Assembly (NCBI RefSeq): GCF_006345805.1
Contig: NC_043017.1
Location: 14,074,001 to 14,138,000, forward strand
From: Octopus sinensis
Lineage: Eukaryota
DNA: 64,000 bases
Reading direction: 5' to 3'
Part shown: piece by piece, positions 25,630-38,334 of the stretch
Position numbering within the stretch: the first letter of the stretch is position 1
How the letters are laid out: the number at the start of each line of letters is the position of its first letter
Position numbers and translations under genes: made by a program
Notes under the pieces: model-generated
Seen by the model: the letters and a program-made list of their open reading frames with translations, nothing else
Told to the model about the DNA's origin: nothing
Database searches by the model: none

Positions 25630-26320
25630 TGTTAAAATGATGGTGATAACTGAATGGTTATGTTGAGGGCATAAAAATACTGAAGACAGTGATGATGTAA
25701 AAACAAAAAAACCGGCAGAAACAACTTGCAATTAATACTTTGGTCTGAGCACTCTAACAATGTAACCGGGGACCAGACCAGGATAGTGATCACAGAATCA
25801 CAATCGATATTACTAAGACAGCAACAGTGTGTAGATGACTGGTCAGAGAGATTCTGAGAACATTTACAAGAATTTCTGTGCAACACATTTGTCACAGTGC
25901 GTCAAGCTGGCTGCTTGATGGAATCGAATGCTTCTAGACTAAGAAGATTGCCTTTACATGGTAGAATAACTACCAAGAGAGATTGGAAACGAAGATGCTC
26001 TGGAGTAATTTCGACATTGAAATTTAAGTAAATCTCTGAGATAGTTCTGCAAATAATTTCTTCCAGTAGATTCCTTGTATAACTGCACAGGTTTACCTGC
26101 GAACCTTGAATATTTTCCATTTTGAAAATGCTCTTGCATTGACATGGATATTTCATGATCCTTTGCATCGTGGCCAATCAATATTCTCTCTGCAGAGTAG
26201 CCCATATCTCACTTGTGTACTACTGGGGAGTTTGGCATATGTGGTCTTGTCCAGCCTTGCTTTGAACACATCCTTTATTGATTTTATTGCACCATGAATT
26301 GATGCTCTCCTTGATTTCAT
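25630..26320 (-). mobile_element. Very old LINE RT remnant
   Basis: AIKSIK..KAGQDHI-like RT start; otherwise decayed. Confidence 0.4.
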
Positions 26321-26998
26321 TGTTTTCCATCTCTATTCAACTTTGTGCTACATTTTCAGACCACATGTATTTTGCTTTTGTATAAATATAACTCTGTAAT
26401 ATTCATTGTCAAGGTGAAGGGTTTACATGATTCAATGACTCAATACAATCAGGAGTGCAGTGCCCTTGGAAGGGCCACCAAAGGCTGCAAGATCAAAGAA
26501 GAGAACCAACATCGAACATGGTCAATCTTACTTCAAGTCCCTAATGGCAGACAATGGTTGATATCAATAACTGTTCGAAGAGGATAACACCAAACAGACT
26601 AGTTGAGAAGACATCACTTGAACGTAAATTGAATTAGCAGGAATCTCTAGCAATTTCATCACCTGCCTGTCCCATTCTACAAGGACTACAGAGTATGGTC
26701 CTGAAGCCATGGAGGTGGGGCAGTGGGATACATTACTTCACAAGTTGAGATCTTCAGTAAATTTATCCATAACATTGGCATTTCTTTCTTCCATTCTTAA
26801 CCACACAGCCATACTGGAACCTGTATGTGTGTGTTCTTTTTATAGATTTCAATTATAGGACTGTGGCCATGCTGGAGCAGCACCATAGAAGGTGTATTAG
26901 TTCTGTTTCAGTCTGGTACTATGAAAGTGCTAATTGACATTTTGGACACAAACAGATGCAACTCATCACACCAATGAATATAAATAGAACAATCTTAC

Positions 26999-27118
26999 CT
27001 TCCGCACAAAACTTTTGCGATATTCATTCATTTCCCCAATGACTGTCCTCATGTATAGACTGTAATCAACAAACCCACTTCCTTTGGCATCCAAATAGCT
27101 AAACAACTGGTTCAAACT
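26999..27118 (-). CDS. CAPS2: CAPS2-like exon (SLNQLFSYLDAKGSGFVDYSLYMRTVIGEMNEYRKSFVRK)
   Basis: TGTTGTAG acceptor and AAG|GTAAGA donor; 120 nt, phase 0 to 0; IGEMNEYRKS.VRK calcyphosin signature. Confidence 0.93.
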
Positions 27119-28389
27119 CTACAACAGGATTACAAAATACTGTGACAATTTTTATTTTAACATTTTGGAATGTAATTACAAAGAGATATGATGTAGGGAC
27201 AGATTCCATATCTGCCATGTAATATATTGCACACAGACAACACACTCTTCTTTATGCACTCTTTAATATGTTCAAACACATGTATGCACACAGATGCATT
27301 TCTCTCTCTCGTATAATGAGTTTTATCTAAGTTTTAACCTTTTTCCCTCCATGTCCAAAACATTATCGTTTTACTTAACCTTTAACCTTTAATACTTTTA
27401 TTGAATGTCAAAGTAATAATATTCACTATAAACATATTTTTGCCTTCCATGTATGTGTGTGTGTGTATTAATATGTATAATTAAAATCTTTAAGTGTCAT
27501 TTCATTTTTTTTAGTCATTTTTCAAACACACACACATTATTAATAATCTATGGCAGATGTAACAGAACGACTGAAGGACCTTCGGCCTTCAGTCACTCTG
27601 TTACTTCTGCTAAATATTAATAAAATTATATATGTATATATATACTCATATTTTGAGTTATATTTTCCTGTTTGTACCAACATGCCTATATACATATTTA
27701 TATACACGCACGTGCACTATCTATATATATATATATATATTTTTCATAAGGATAAATGTGTATATCCAAAACACTTCTGTAATAATAATAATATTTAATT
27801 AATTGTTTGTTCTTACTTCTTGCACTGAGGAGAACAGTGATATGTAATTAATTTAATTTAACCATATTAAGTTAATTATTTTACCATGAATTTACATGTT
27901 AACACCACTGCTTGAAATGATGCATGGATTAAAATTCTCTCAAATTTCAACATCTTCTCCATTTTGAGCCAATTTGTTGAGTTTCTAAGGAACATGTTTC
28001 CATAAAATTCTCATAACACACCATATACATGTAATATTTTCATATCCGCAAAAATCTTACTCCACCAAGCTACGAGAATGAAGAATCTTTGTTAGAAATC
28101 ACCTTTTTGGAACAATCCAAAGTAAACGATGAAGTAAAAATTAAACCTATGCACACATTTTTTTTTTTTGTTCTAGTTTCAGCTCAGAGCTGATGCACCG
28201 CCGTTGAGATATATATATATATATATAATTAATCCAAACAAGAAAGCACAAAAAAACACAACAACGCGTGGACGTGGAACAAATATAGTATTATATATAT
28301 ATATATATATTATATATATATATATAGCCATGAAACGATCGTAGTGTTTTACTCTATCTTTTATTAAACTTTTAATACTTTTGATATCC

Positions 28390-28762
28390 TTTTTTTTTTT
28401 TTACTTTTTTACTTGTTTCAGTCATTTGACTGCGGCCATGCTGGAGCACCGCCTTTAGTCGAGCAAATCGACCCCAGGACTTATTCTATCGGTCTCTTTT
28501 GCCGAACCGCTAAGTGACGGGGACGTAAACACACCAGCATCGGTTGTCAAGCAATGCTAGGGGGACAAACACACACACATACACATTTATACACATATAT
28601 ACATATATACAACAGGCTTCTTTCAGTTTCCGTCTACCAAATCCACTCACAAGGCATTGGTCGGCCCGGGGCTATAGCAGAAGACACTTACCCAAGATGC
28701 CACGCAGTGGGAGTGAACCCGGAACCATGTGGTTGGTTAGCAAGCTAATTACCACACAGCCA
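28390..28762 (-). mobile_element. tRNA-derived SINE, same family as 21936-22316
   Basis: Near-identical reverse complement of the 21936 copy, with an A-rich tail. Confidence 0.9.
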
Positions 28763-28951
28763 ATAAATTAATTAATTTTATGTATTGGCTTATGTTTTTC
28801 ATTGTTTGATTTGCCTAATAGTGGTTTTATCTCTAATTTAATATAATATAATATAATATATTTTACTATAAAATTGGATTCAATCCTAAATCTGATTTTG
28901 CCCTGTAAGTTTGGATTTATTCCCTAATATTTTATTATATATATATATATA

Positions 28952-28982
<31 letters not shown>

Positions 28983-31900
28983 TTGTTAGAAATTCAGGGT
29001 GAGTACTTGATAATTGTAAGCACCTGTATATACCGTTTGGTGGTGTAGGTGATGGAGTAAATTAATCAAAATAAAAACATGATGCCAAGGATTCAGCGGT
29101 ACATATGTTTCGGGCCTTTATTAGATGGATTTATAACAATGCATAATGTGTGTCTATGGCCTTCTTCAGCCGCGCACAATTACTACCTCAAGGACATGTA
29201 TTACATCAAAAATTCTACGTTGGGGATGCAAATCCTCTCATTCGCGTACGACATAATGCGGCAACAGCACAAAAATGAAGCGTCCATCTCGTCCTTCTCT
29301 CAATGAGGAAGTTTGGATGTTGAGGTAATATAAATAAATGAATAAATAAATATATACATATATAAATACAGACAGACGTGAAGGAACCTGGTAATAAGAG
29401 TAAATAGGGATAAAGATGGAGGGGCGAGAATTCAGGACGAAGGATAAAAAAATATAAAAATGTGAAAGATAAGAATATAAGTATAGAAAAATATAAAAAT
29501 ATAGAGTATAAAGATATAAAAAAGTTATATAAAAAAGAGATATAAAAAAGTTATGAATATAAAGATATAAAGTTATAAAAAAATATTAAAAAATTATCAG
29601 AAATATAAAGGATATAAGAATATAGAAATGTAAAAGAATATAAGGATAAGGGATATAAAGTTGTTACGGACCAACATGGTGGTCAGGAAAATGACAAATT
29701 CTGGTTGTCATAAATCAACCGGGGCGTCTGGGGACCTAGTGTATTGTAAATTAGAGTTGTCTGGTTAAACTGCTTATCTAGTTCCTCGTAACGTGTCAAG
29801 TGGTCAGCATGTACATACGTACACGCATGGATACATACACACATATACGCACGCATACGCAACCACACGCATACAAGCATACATACGTACTCTCGTATAA
29901 ACATATACAGATATATAAGGAAAAAGGCGCATGTAGTTGGGTACACGAACCGACGCGCATACGTACGTATATACATACACGCACGTGTTCATATAGGCAC
30001 ACTCGCACTTACACGCATGCACAAGACGAAGTGAATCTCTATGCGTATGGGCAGAAATATGCATACACCTGCATACACGCCCACACCCACGCACATGGGG
30101 GAGTAGATCCCTATGCATATGCACAGACACAGGTATAACAAATAGATCCATTCTCGCACACGGGCAAGATACGGAATTATAGTGGGTACAGAAGGTAGAC
30201 ATGAACGTAAGAAACTTGCGGCCAAGAAATTATAACAGAATATACATATATATACAAGGACAATATACATATACATATATATACACACACACACATATAC
30301 GCATATATATATACACATATATGTATATATATATACACGTATACATACATACACATACACACACACATACCCGCACACGTGTACATACACACACGCATAT
30401 ATACATACACACACGCATATATACATACACACGGACCCACGCACAGGTATCCACACACACACACATCTGTGTGTCTATATGTGCGTGTACACATACACTT
30501 ACATACACAGACACACACACATATAGGTATAGATATATATAAAAATATTAAAAGATGTATAAAAAAATATATAAAAAATATACAAAAGCATGTAAAAAAA
30601 TTATTAAAAAAGGATAAAAAGGGGGTACACATATAAACACAGATACTTATTCATACGCATACACATATACATACATACACAGACACACGTATAAACATAA
30701 AGCGGATACATAGATAAGCAAATAAGGAAAAAAGAGCTAAAAATAGACATATATAGAGATAAAAAGAGATAAAATAGGGGTAAAAATAGAGGTAAAAATA
30801 GAGGTAAAAATAGAAGTAAGAATAAGAATTAGAAATAAAAATAAGAAATAAAAAATAAAAATAAAAATAAAATAAAATAGAAAGGTAATCGGGTAAAGGT
30901 TAACATGAAATGAAGGTAAAAATAAAGGGTGGTTGAAAATGTAAAGTTATAGGTGTGTGTTAAAGGTGACCACGTAGGGGCGGGGAGAGGAACTGAAAAT
31001 TGGAAGGGTGGGAAGCGGGGTTTGGTGGTGTGCGCTCAACATCAGAGCTAGAAATGGAAAAAGGTATAGATATAGGGAAACAAGATATCTAGATAGGAAG
31101 AAGGTAGGTGTAGGAAATGAAATATATGGGAGACAAAAATGTATATATACGAAAGAAAATAAATATATATATAGGAAAAAAAACGGGATGTGCTGGAGCC
31201 GACAAGTTGCACTTGGATGGGAGGAAATTGCATGGGGGAGTTGGTATAATAGCCTAAGCTTTGTAGTATTTAAAAGTATTGATAAGTTTGTGTATACAAG
31301 ATGGCTTGAACTCTGACCTTTTGTTAATTAGATTGTGTTTCTCCTTGAATTTCAAGATATTCAGGAGTTCTACACAACATAGCCGGCATCCTGCTCTATT
31401 ATTTAAATAAGGTGCAGCTGACCTATGCTATTGTCTTTTAATTCCCAAATTTTCTTAGATAGGGAGGTGCTGCTAGCTTTATGTCTATGCTTAAATGAGG
31501 ACCGGTGGTTGTAGTATCTGGATTTCCAGGAGGTCGAGCAACCTATGTAGGTGAGTGTGTTAAACTGGGTACTCACCTCACATGAATAGATTACGTTTTT
31601 GGCCCGACATCCACCACGTAGCGGACACTCGGATGCACTTATGCAGTTGCAGTGCACTGCATTTCCCGGTCGTGTGCTGTTAGTCCCAGGCGGAGGTGTT
31701 GCATTAAGTGTAGGAGCACTGTTATCCTCCTGGTTGTTGATGGGTGTGGTGTTGCCTCTGTTGTGTTGACGGGTGTTATTACTAACTGTTTGGGTATTAT
31801 GGTTGCCAGCCCGATTATATTGACTACTGCCTGGATGAATGGGGTTCGATTGGTTGTTATAGCCTGCTCCTAATCTAGCTGTTCTAATGTTAATATAGTT

Positions 31901-33290
31901 ATGCTTAGCTATGAGGCAGCTCATGTTGGGCAGGGTAGAGTAGGAGATCCTAATGGTTTTGTTAGAGAAGATACTTCTATACTTATGGGTGGGTGGGAAG
32001 TTGTTGGAAATAATAGAGAATATTCTCTTACATAATTTACCCTTAACTGCTATGTTGTTTGGTATGTTGTACCATATATATTTACATAATCTACTGTTTC
32101 CGCCTCTATTTCTCCTAATATGATCGGTGTTACTCTCGTCGGAAGGGTTATCATTGCGTACTATTCTATTGGTTCGCCTTTTTCCTATACGTTGCTTAGA
32201 AGTTAAATTAGAATTAGCGTTAGCTTGGGTTGAATACGGAGTTCGTTTATAAGTGGGAGTTTTACAGCCGACGGACGTTCCTGGGGGGTCTACATAGGAT
32301 ATTCTCTGGGTATACCCAGCACTAGAGAGAGCCTGGTTGTAGTGTTGTGCGTAATTATTGAATATATCTCTGTTAGAGGATAGCTTAGTGAGTCTGTCTG
32401 AGATGGCTTGGACCGTGGTGTTAATTATACAGGGTGGGTGGTTGGAAGAGGTGTGGATATATCTAGTTGTTTCTTCGGGTTTCCTATACGGGTGGTGAAG
32501 GTGCTTGTTCAAGTCTAACGTAACATCTAAGAAGTTTACTATTTTCGTGTTAGTCATAAATTCTAGTTTTAGATTGAAGGATTTGAAGAATAGTCCGATC
32601 TTTTTCCTAATTCTTTCTTATTGTTAGTGGGATATATGAAGAGAGCGTCATCCCTGTAGAGACCCCCCTGTAGGTCCGGTACCTCGGAGAAAAGCTTCTT
32701 GAGTAGGTAGGCCCCGACCAAGTCAGTCACCTGAGCTGAATCGCTCGAGCCCATAGCCACATCAAAGTTTTCGGGGGTATCGGATCTGGTCCAAAGTTTA
32801 CCGTCGAATTCTATTATAGTTTTTCAGGCTAATAGTATAATGTCGATTTTTTCTCTGTCTATAAGCGAAAGGCTGCGGGCATATATAAGGGATTTGTTAA
32901 GTAAGATGGGGGATATACTGGCATAGTAGTTAGCTATGTCGAACTGGATGAATGAGTAGTTGGGTCTGTTGGTGATTGTGTTAAACCATTCTAGCACATT
33001 GTCGGTGTTCATCCATAGTTGGAGTGGGATGTGGGGTTTGATGCATGGGATCACCTTGTCTAGACATCTTTTAATATTTTTATATATATCTATACCTATA
33101 TGTGTGTGTGTCTGTGTATGTAAGTGTATGTGTACACGCACATATAGACACACAGATGTGTGTGTGTGTGCGTGTGGATACCTGTGCGTGGGTCCATGTG
33201 TATGTATATATGCGTGTGTGTATGTACACATGTGCGGGTATGTGTGTGTGTATGTGTATGTATGTATATGTATGTATATGTGTATATATA
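28983..33290 (-). mobile_element. 5'-truncated Penelope-like element (Naiad-like RT + GIY-YIG) with a long 3' region and terminal hammerhead
   Basis: FDIANYYASI, GLYRDD, NFLDVTLDL, SSNHPP, CNC-x5-CP-x4-C, VIYSC...YIG and C.LC...LINKRSE; the ORF remnant ends at TAG 31256-31254. Lesions: TGA at 32826-32824 and a frameshift near 32605. The clade label is from recollection. Confidence 0.88.
29096..29173 (-). ncRNA. Minimal type-I hammerhead ribozyme motif (stem III CAUAUG; A-C mismatch at the base of stem II)
   Basis: GCGG-CUGAAGA-A.GGCC...GGCC.C-GAAA-C AUAU G-UA-CCGC. Confidence 0.75.
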
Positions 33291-34093
33291 TATACATATA
33301 TACATACATTTTCTCTTATCTGACTTTATGTTGGGTTTGCTGTCTCTTATATGTGAAAAAAGAGGCTCCAGAGTTGTTTAAGATTTGCTTGGTTTCGCGC
33401 CTAAAATTTCTTGTGGCCAATGGTCAATACAATTTTGATTGGTCATTATAAAGGGGTCACGTGAATGTTTGAATGGAAGTTGGTGTTGGGGTAAGAAAAT
33501 AGGCACCAGAGATGTTAAAATTTGGCTAGTATCACACCTAAAATTTCTTATTGGTCATAATAAAGAGGTCAAGTGAATGTTTAGAATGAATGTTGCTGTG
33601 GGTGGTGTATGGAGTTTTCGAAAATAGCATTGTTGAAAATTCTTATTGTTCAGGCTGGTCAGTAGATGTCATGTGGATATTTTGAATAGCTTTTTAGTGT
33701 GTAGTTAAGGAGTGTATTTTCCGCTTGACTGAATTTGAGCTGGAAAAGTAAGTTCCTTTAGGACAGGAGGAGCTATATGTATGTATGTGTGCGCGCGCGT
33801 GTGTGTGTTTATATGTATGTTGGGGCACGCACGCGTGAATATATGTGTGCGTGTGTGGGTACAATTTTCAATATTTATAGTTCTGCTGGCCTTCACACAT
33901 ACATGTTGCTTCCCGTTGCTTCAATCAGAAAGGAACTCTATCTCAAATATCTTTTGATAAGCATAACAAATGCGCAACTGGTAAAAAGAACTTTCACCTA
34001 ATTAAATACTTACTTAAATTATTTTGTCAGCATTTTCTTCATTTCCTTTTTTTATATATCACAACTCGTGTTCCACATCTCCTTTTTTAAATA

Positions 34094-34138
34094 TACATAT
34101 ATATATACATACATATATAATATATATATATATACATA

Positions 34139-34216
<78 letters not shown>

Positions 34217-34230
34217 ATATATACATATAC

Positions 34231-34265
<35 letters not shown>

Positions 34266-34317
34266 TATACATATATATATATATACATTAACATATATAT
34301 ATATATATATTATATAC

Positions 34318-34349
<32 letters not shown>

Positions 34350-34372
34350 ATATACATATACATATATATATA
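34094..34372. repeat. (TA)n/(TACA)n microsatellite
   Basis: Seen directly. Confidence 0.95.
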
Positions 34373-35184
34373 TAAGGAGTCATGGAGGAGTTGCTATGTA
34401 CATCCGTGGGGACCTCACACCCCAGGTCCTTTTGTCATACTCAAACTCGGTGTGTGACACACTAATTGTACACATAAGGCAACTTGATGTAGTTGTGTGT
34501 GCTACATATCGCCCTCCAGATGCCCCAAGTCATATGGGCAAGTTCGAGGACTGCCTTTTAAAAATAGAAGAAGTTCTAACAACATTAGAACAACACATAA
34601 GTGTACTTCTCATGGGAGACTTCAATCTACCGAATGTCAGATGGCCCGAGGGCCTTTCTCTCCCAGGAATGACAAGATGTGAACGTGGACAGGCGAGGTC
34701 CCTCCTGAACCTCACCAACACCCTGTACATGGAGCAAGTAATACTGCAACCAACCAGAGCAGGTAACACACTGGATCTCTGCTTCACAAATAATATGGAT
34801 CTCATCCATAATGTGAAAGTGACACCGACACTACTCTCGGATCACAACATGGTAGAGCTGACCATGTACGGGCAAAAGAGAGCACGGACATGCAGCCTAC
34901 AAGAAACCCTCAGAATCTTTCCAGCTTGAACTTCAATAAGGCAAACTGGAAACAAATTGAGAAAGAGATCTCAAACAAAACTGGCCTGAATGTCTCTCCT
35001 CGCCGGACATCGACATGATACTTCAACAATTCATGTCTGTAATGCAAGCCATATGCTACAAATGTGTCCCAGAGAGAAAGGCCACTGTACACAAGAACAA
35101 AATCCCCAGAGAGAGGAAAATTCTAATGAGACGGCGTACAAAAATTTCAAATCGCCTAAACAAACAAATTGAAAGTAGTGAAAA
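34373..35184 (+). mobile_element. CR1/L2-group LINE, APE endonuclease region, cut by the gap
   Basis: HGGVAMY, YRPP, GDFNLP, PTR.GNTLDL and SDHN motifs. Confidence 0.88.
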
Positions 35185-35284
35185 NNNNNNNNNNNNNNNN
35201 NNNNNNNNNNNNNNNNNNNNNNNNNNNNNNNNNNNNNNNNNNNNNNNNNNNNNNNNNNNNNNNNNNNNNNNNNNNNNNNNNNNN
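35185..35284. other. Assembly gap (100 N)
   Basis: Run of exactly 100 N, probably a placeholder of unknown true size. Confidence 0.99.
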
Positions 35285-35302
35285 AAAAAAGTTTTTTTAC
35301 AT

Positions 35303-35590
35303 AATTGTCACATTACATGCATAAATATAGTGTTTGGTAACAGAGATATGTTAAGGGCATAAAGAAGTTCAATAGTGTGATGAGAATATTTGGAAAAATT
35401 GGCAGAAAAGAATAAAACAAATATATTATTGGAAATTTGGTTGCGTTAATTATTGGTTGTTGCAAATTGTCACATTACATGTATATATATACAGTCTTTG
35501 GTAGAAAGGACATGTTAAAGACATAAGGAAGTGCAATAGTATGGTGAGAATATTTGAAAAATTGACAGAAAAAATTAAAATGAATATTTT
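35303..35590. repeat. Diverged two-copy tandem repeat, period about 162 bp
   Basis: AATTGTCACATTACATG...GAGAATATTTG.AAAATTG.CAGAAAA recurs at 35303 and 35465. Confidence 0.7.
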
Positions 35591-36384
35591 ATACATCTCA
35601 GGGTCCGTACAGAATATTATGAATTGAAGGCGAGAGTTTGTTTTTACTGACCTGTTCGTTTTAGTAGAAATGTTGAATTGAGAGAAATGTACCCAGTTTT
35701 GTTCTGTTTATGGCTTCCCTTCAAGCATCAATGATTTTGGGGTTATCATGAGGTGAGTATGTGAGTGTGAATAGATGTGTCTGTGTGCCCGTAGTATCTG
35801 GTCAGACGGCGTCTGTTTGTCACACACATACACACACACAACACACATACACACACACAACACACATAATATACAAACACACAACACACACACATACAGA
35901 ACACACACATACACAACGCACACACATATATAATATACACACACAGCACACAAATATAACGTTGTTGTGTTGCATTTGTTAAATAATTGTAAACCGTAAC
36001 CTTCCCCCTTTTGGAGAAGGGGCTTTGGTTATTGTTTAAAAATTGAATTGTGCCCCTGTTTGGGGAAATTGACAATATTTTCACCGTCTTTACGGAAACA
36101 TTTTTTAAAAAATGCCTTCGATAGAAGAAAGTCCAAAAATGAATTTCACTGCAGCCGTACACTTCTATACAAGAGGGAAGACAAGATCCAATTGATCGAA
36201 ATTGCAAGAGACTGGCCTATAATTCCAGTCTGTTATATATTTTGAGTTTTGTTATAACTTTGTATTTTGTATTTTATGTGTAGATGTATATATATAGATG
36301 TACATGTAATATTTACACATACATACATGCATAATATAGCAAAACACTCACTGACATTGAAGACAGAATTGCTAAACTGGGTGG

Positions 36385-38017
36385 AAATGAATTGTCGACG
36401 TATAGCCTGTCACAAGCATTCAGGTCAGGGTCAAATAGCCTTCCCACTGCTGTCATTCGTGAAACAACCTACGACACTCAAGCGCTTTCAAAGTACATTG
36501 TTGAAAATGTGCCTAAATTACTTCCGGACCAGCTGCAGGCCTACAGAACTATTCTTAACAGTGTACGCCAACGCAAGGGACGAATCTTCTTCCTCGATGC
36601 TCCTGGAAGGACAGGAAAAACATTTATTACAAAGCTTCTCCTTGCAGAAGTTAGGTAGCATCAGGACATTGCAGTAGCTGTAGCCTCCTCTGGCATTGCA
36701 GCTACTTTGTTACCCGGTGGCAGGACAGCACACTCAACTTTTAAACCCCCTCTCAATTTAGCAGCATCCGAAATGCCTTCATGCAAGATCAACAAAAGCA
36801 CAGATCAGGCACAAGTACTTAAAATGTGTCATCTAATTGTCTGGGATGAGTGCACTATGGCTCACAAGGGAGCTTTGGAAGCATTAGATAGAGCCCTGAA
36901 AGACATCCGAGACTGTCAGGCTCCAATGGGAGGTGTAACGCTTCTGTTGTCAGGTGATTTCAGGCAAACTCTTCCTGTCATTCCAAAAGGCACTAGATCA
37001 GATGAAGTCCAAGCATGCCTAAAGTCCTCTACCCTGTGGCATCATGTTACAATCCTCAGACTCACCACTAACATGAGAGCTCAGCTACATGGCGACAAAA
37101 TGTCCACAAAGTTTGCACAGGACATTTTGACACTTGGTGAAGGCAAGATGCCTCTCGATGCTGCAGGACAAATGAAAGTGTGGTCATTTTCCTCTGTTGT
37201 TAATTCTGTAGATGACCTCAAAAACAAAGTCTTTCCCAACTTCACACAAAACTACCAAAATCACAATTGGCTGTGTGAAAGAGCAATATTAGCTCCAAAA
37301 AACGTCGCTGTTAACAAAATTAATCAACAGCTAAAGCATTCTCTTCCTGGCACTATACACACAAGTCTGTTTATACAATTCTAGATATAAATGAAGTTGT
37401 GAACTATCCTCCTGAATTTCTCAATTCACTGGAGCCTCCTGGACTTAAAGTTGGAACTCCTGTAATGCTACTCCGCAATCTGGAATCACCAAGACTTTGC
37501 AATGGAGTACGACTGGTGATAAAGAAAATGATATTACACGTTATCGAGGCGATCATTCTTTCTGGACGTGGAAAAGGTGATGACGTCTTTATTCCAAGAA
37601 TTCCTCTTACTCCATCAGGAGCAGAAATTCCATTTATATTCAGAAGACTGCAATTCCCCCTTCGTGTCAGCTTTGCCATGTCCATTAACAAATCTCAGGG
37701 TCAAACCCTCTCTGTAGCTGGTCTTCTCTTGGAAGAGCCCTGCTTCTCGCATGGGCAACTGTATGTTGGCTGCTCAAGAGTAGGAACCAAAAGAAAACTT
37801 TTTGTATATACTCCACAAGGAAAAACAATGAACATTGTTTACAATGAGGTGTTGTAATCTCAACAGCCAGGACGTATATACATGATCCCCTTTTTTTTTA
37901 ACAAACTTCATGTACTTACATGTATTTATATTAATATACATATATATGTGTATGTATATCCATATATATATAACAGAAAATTGAATGTAACCTGGCAACG
38001 CCAGGTATCTCTGCTAG
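36385..38017 (+). mobile_element. Helitron 3' half: PIF1-like helicase pseudogene plus canonical 3' end
   Basis: FLDAPGRTGKT, VASSGIAATLLPGGRTAHS, IVWDEC, GDFRQTLPV and FAMSINKSQGQT; hairpin CCTGGC-AAC-GCCAGG at 37991-38005, CTAG at 38014-38017 followed by T. In-frame TAG at 36656-36658 and a frameshift near 37380. No Rep domain seen. Confidence 0.92.
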
Positions 38018-38264
38018 TATATGATATAAGATGTATAAAAACATGTAATATACAAATAAATATCTGTAAATATAAAACCATCCAAATTTCTAAGTACCTC
38101 ATTTATTCTAATATAAAATACCTGTACAGCATTTACAAACCCTCTAATATATATATATATATGCATATATATACACACATATATATATGCATAGCTATAT
38201 ACATATGCATACATATATATATATATGCATATATATATATATATATGCATATGTACACATATGC

Positions 38265-38319
<55 letters not shown>

Positions 38320-38334
38320 TATTTTTTTTTTACG

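Noticed and set aside
26097-26189. AG/GT-bounded segment ending in phase 1 (ERILIGH...YSRFAG) as a CAPS2 exon
   Set aside because: It starts in the wrong phase, has no similarity to calcyphosin and lies in a LINE relic; 24843-24939 fits the slot exactly.
32824-32826. In-frame TGA in the Naiad-like PLE as selenocysteine
   Set aside because: It falls at an Arg-like position in the RT (ILLA*K, probably CGA to TGA). The CNC-x5-CP-x4-C cysteines are TGC/TGT in both copies, and no SECIS was recognised.
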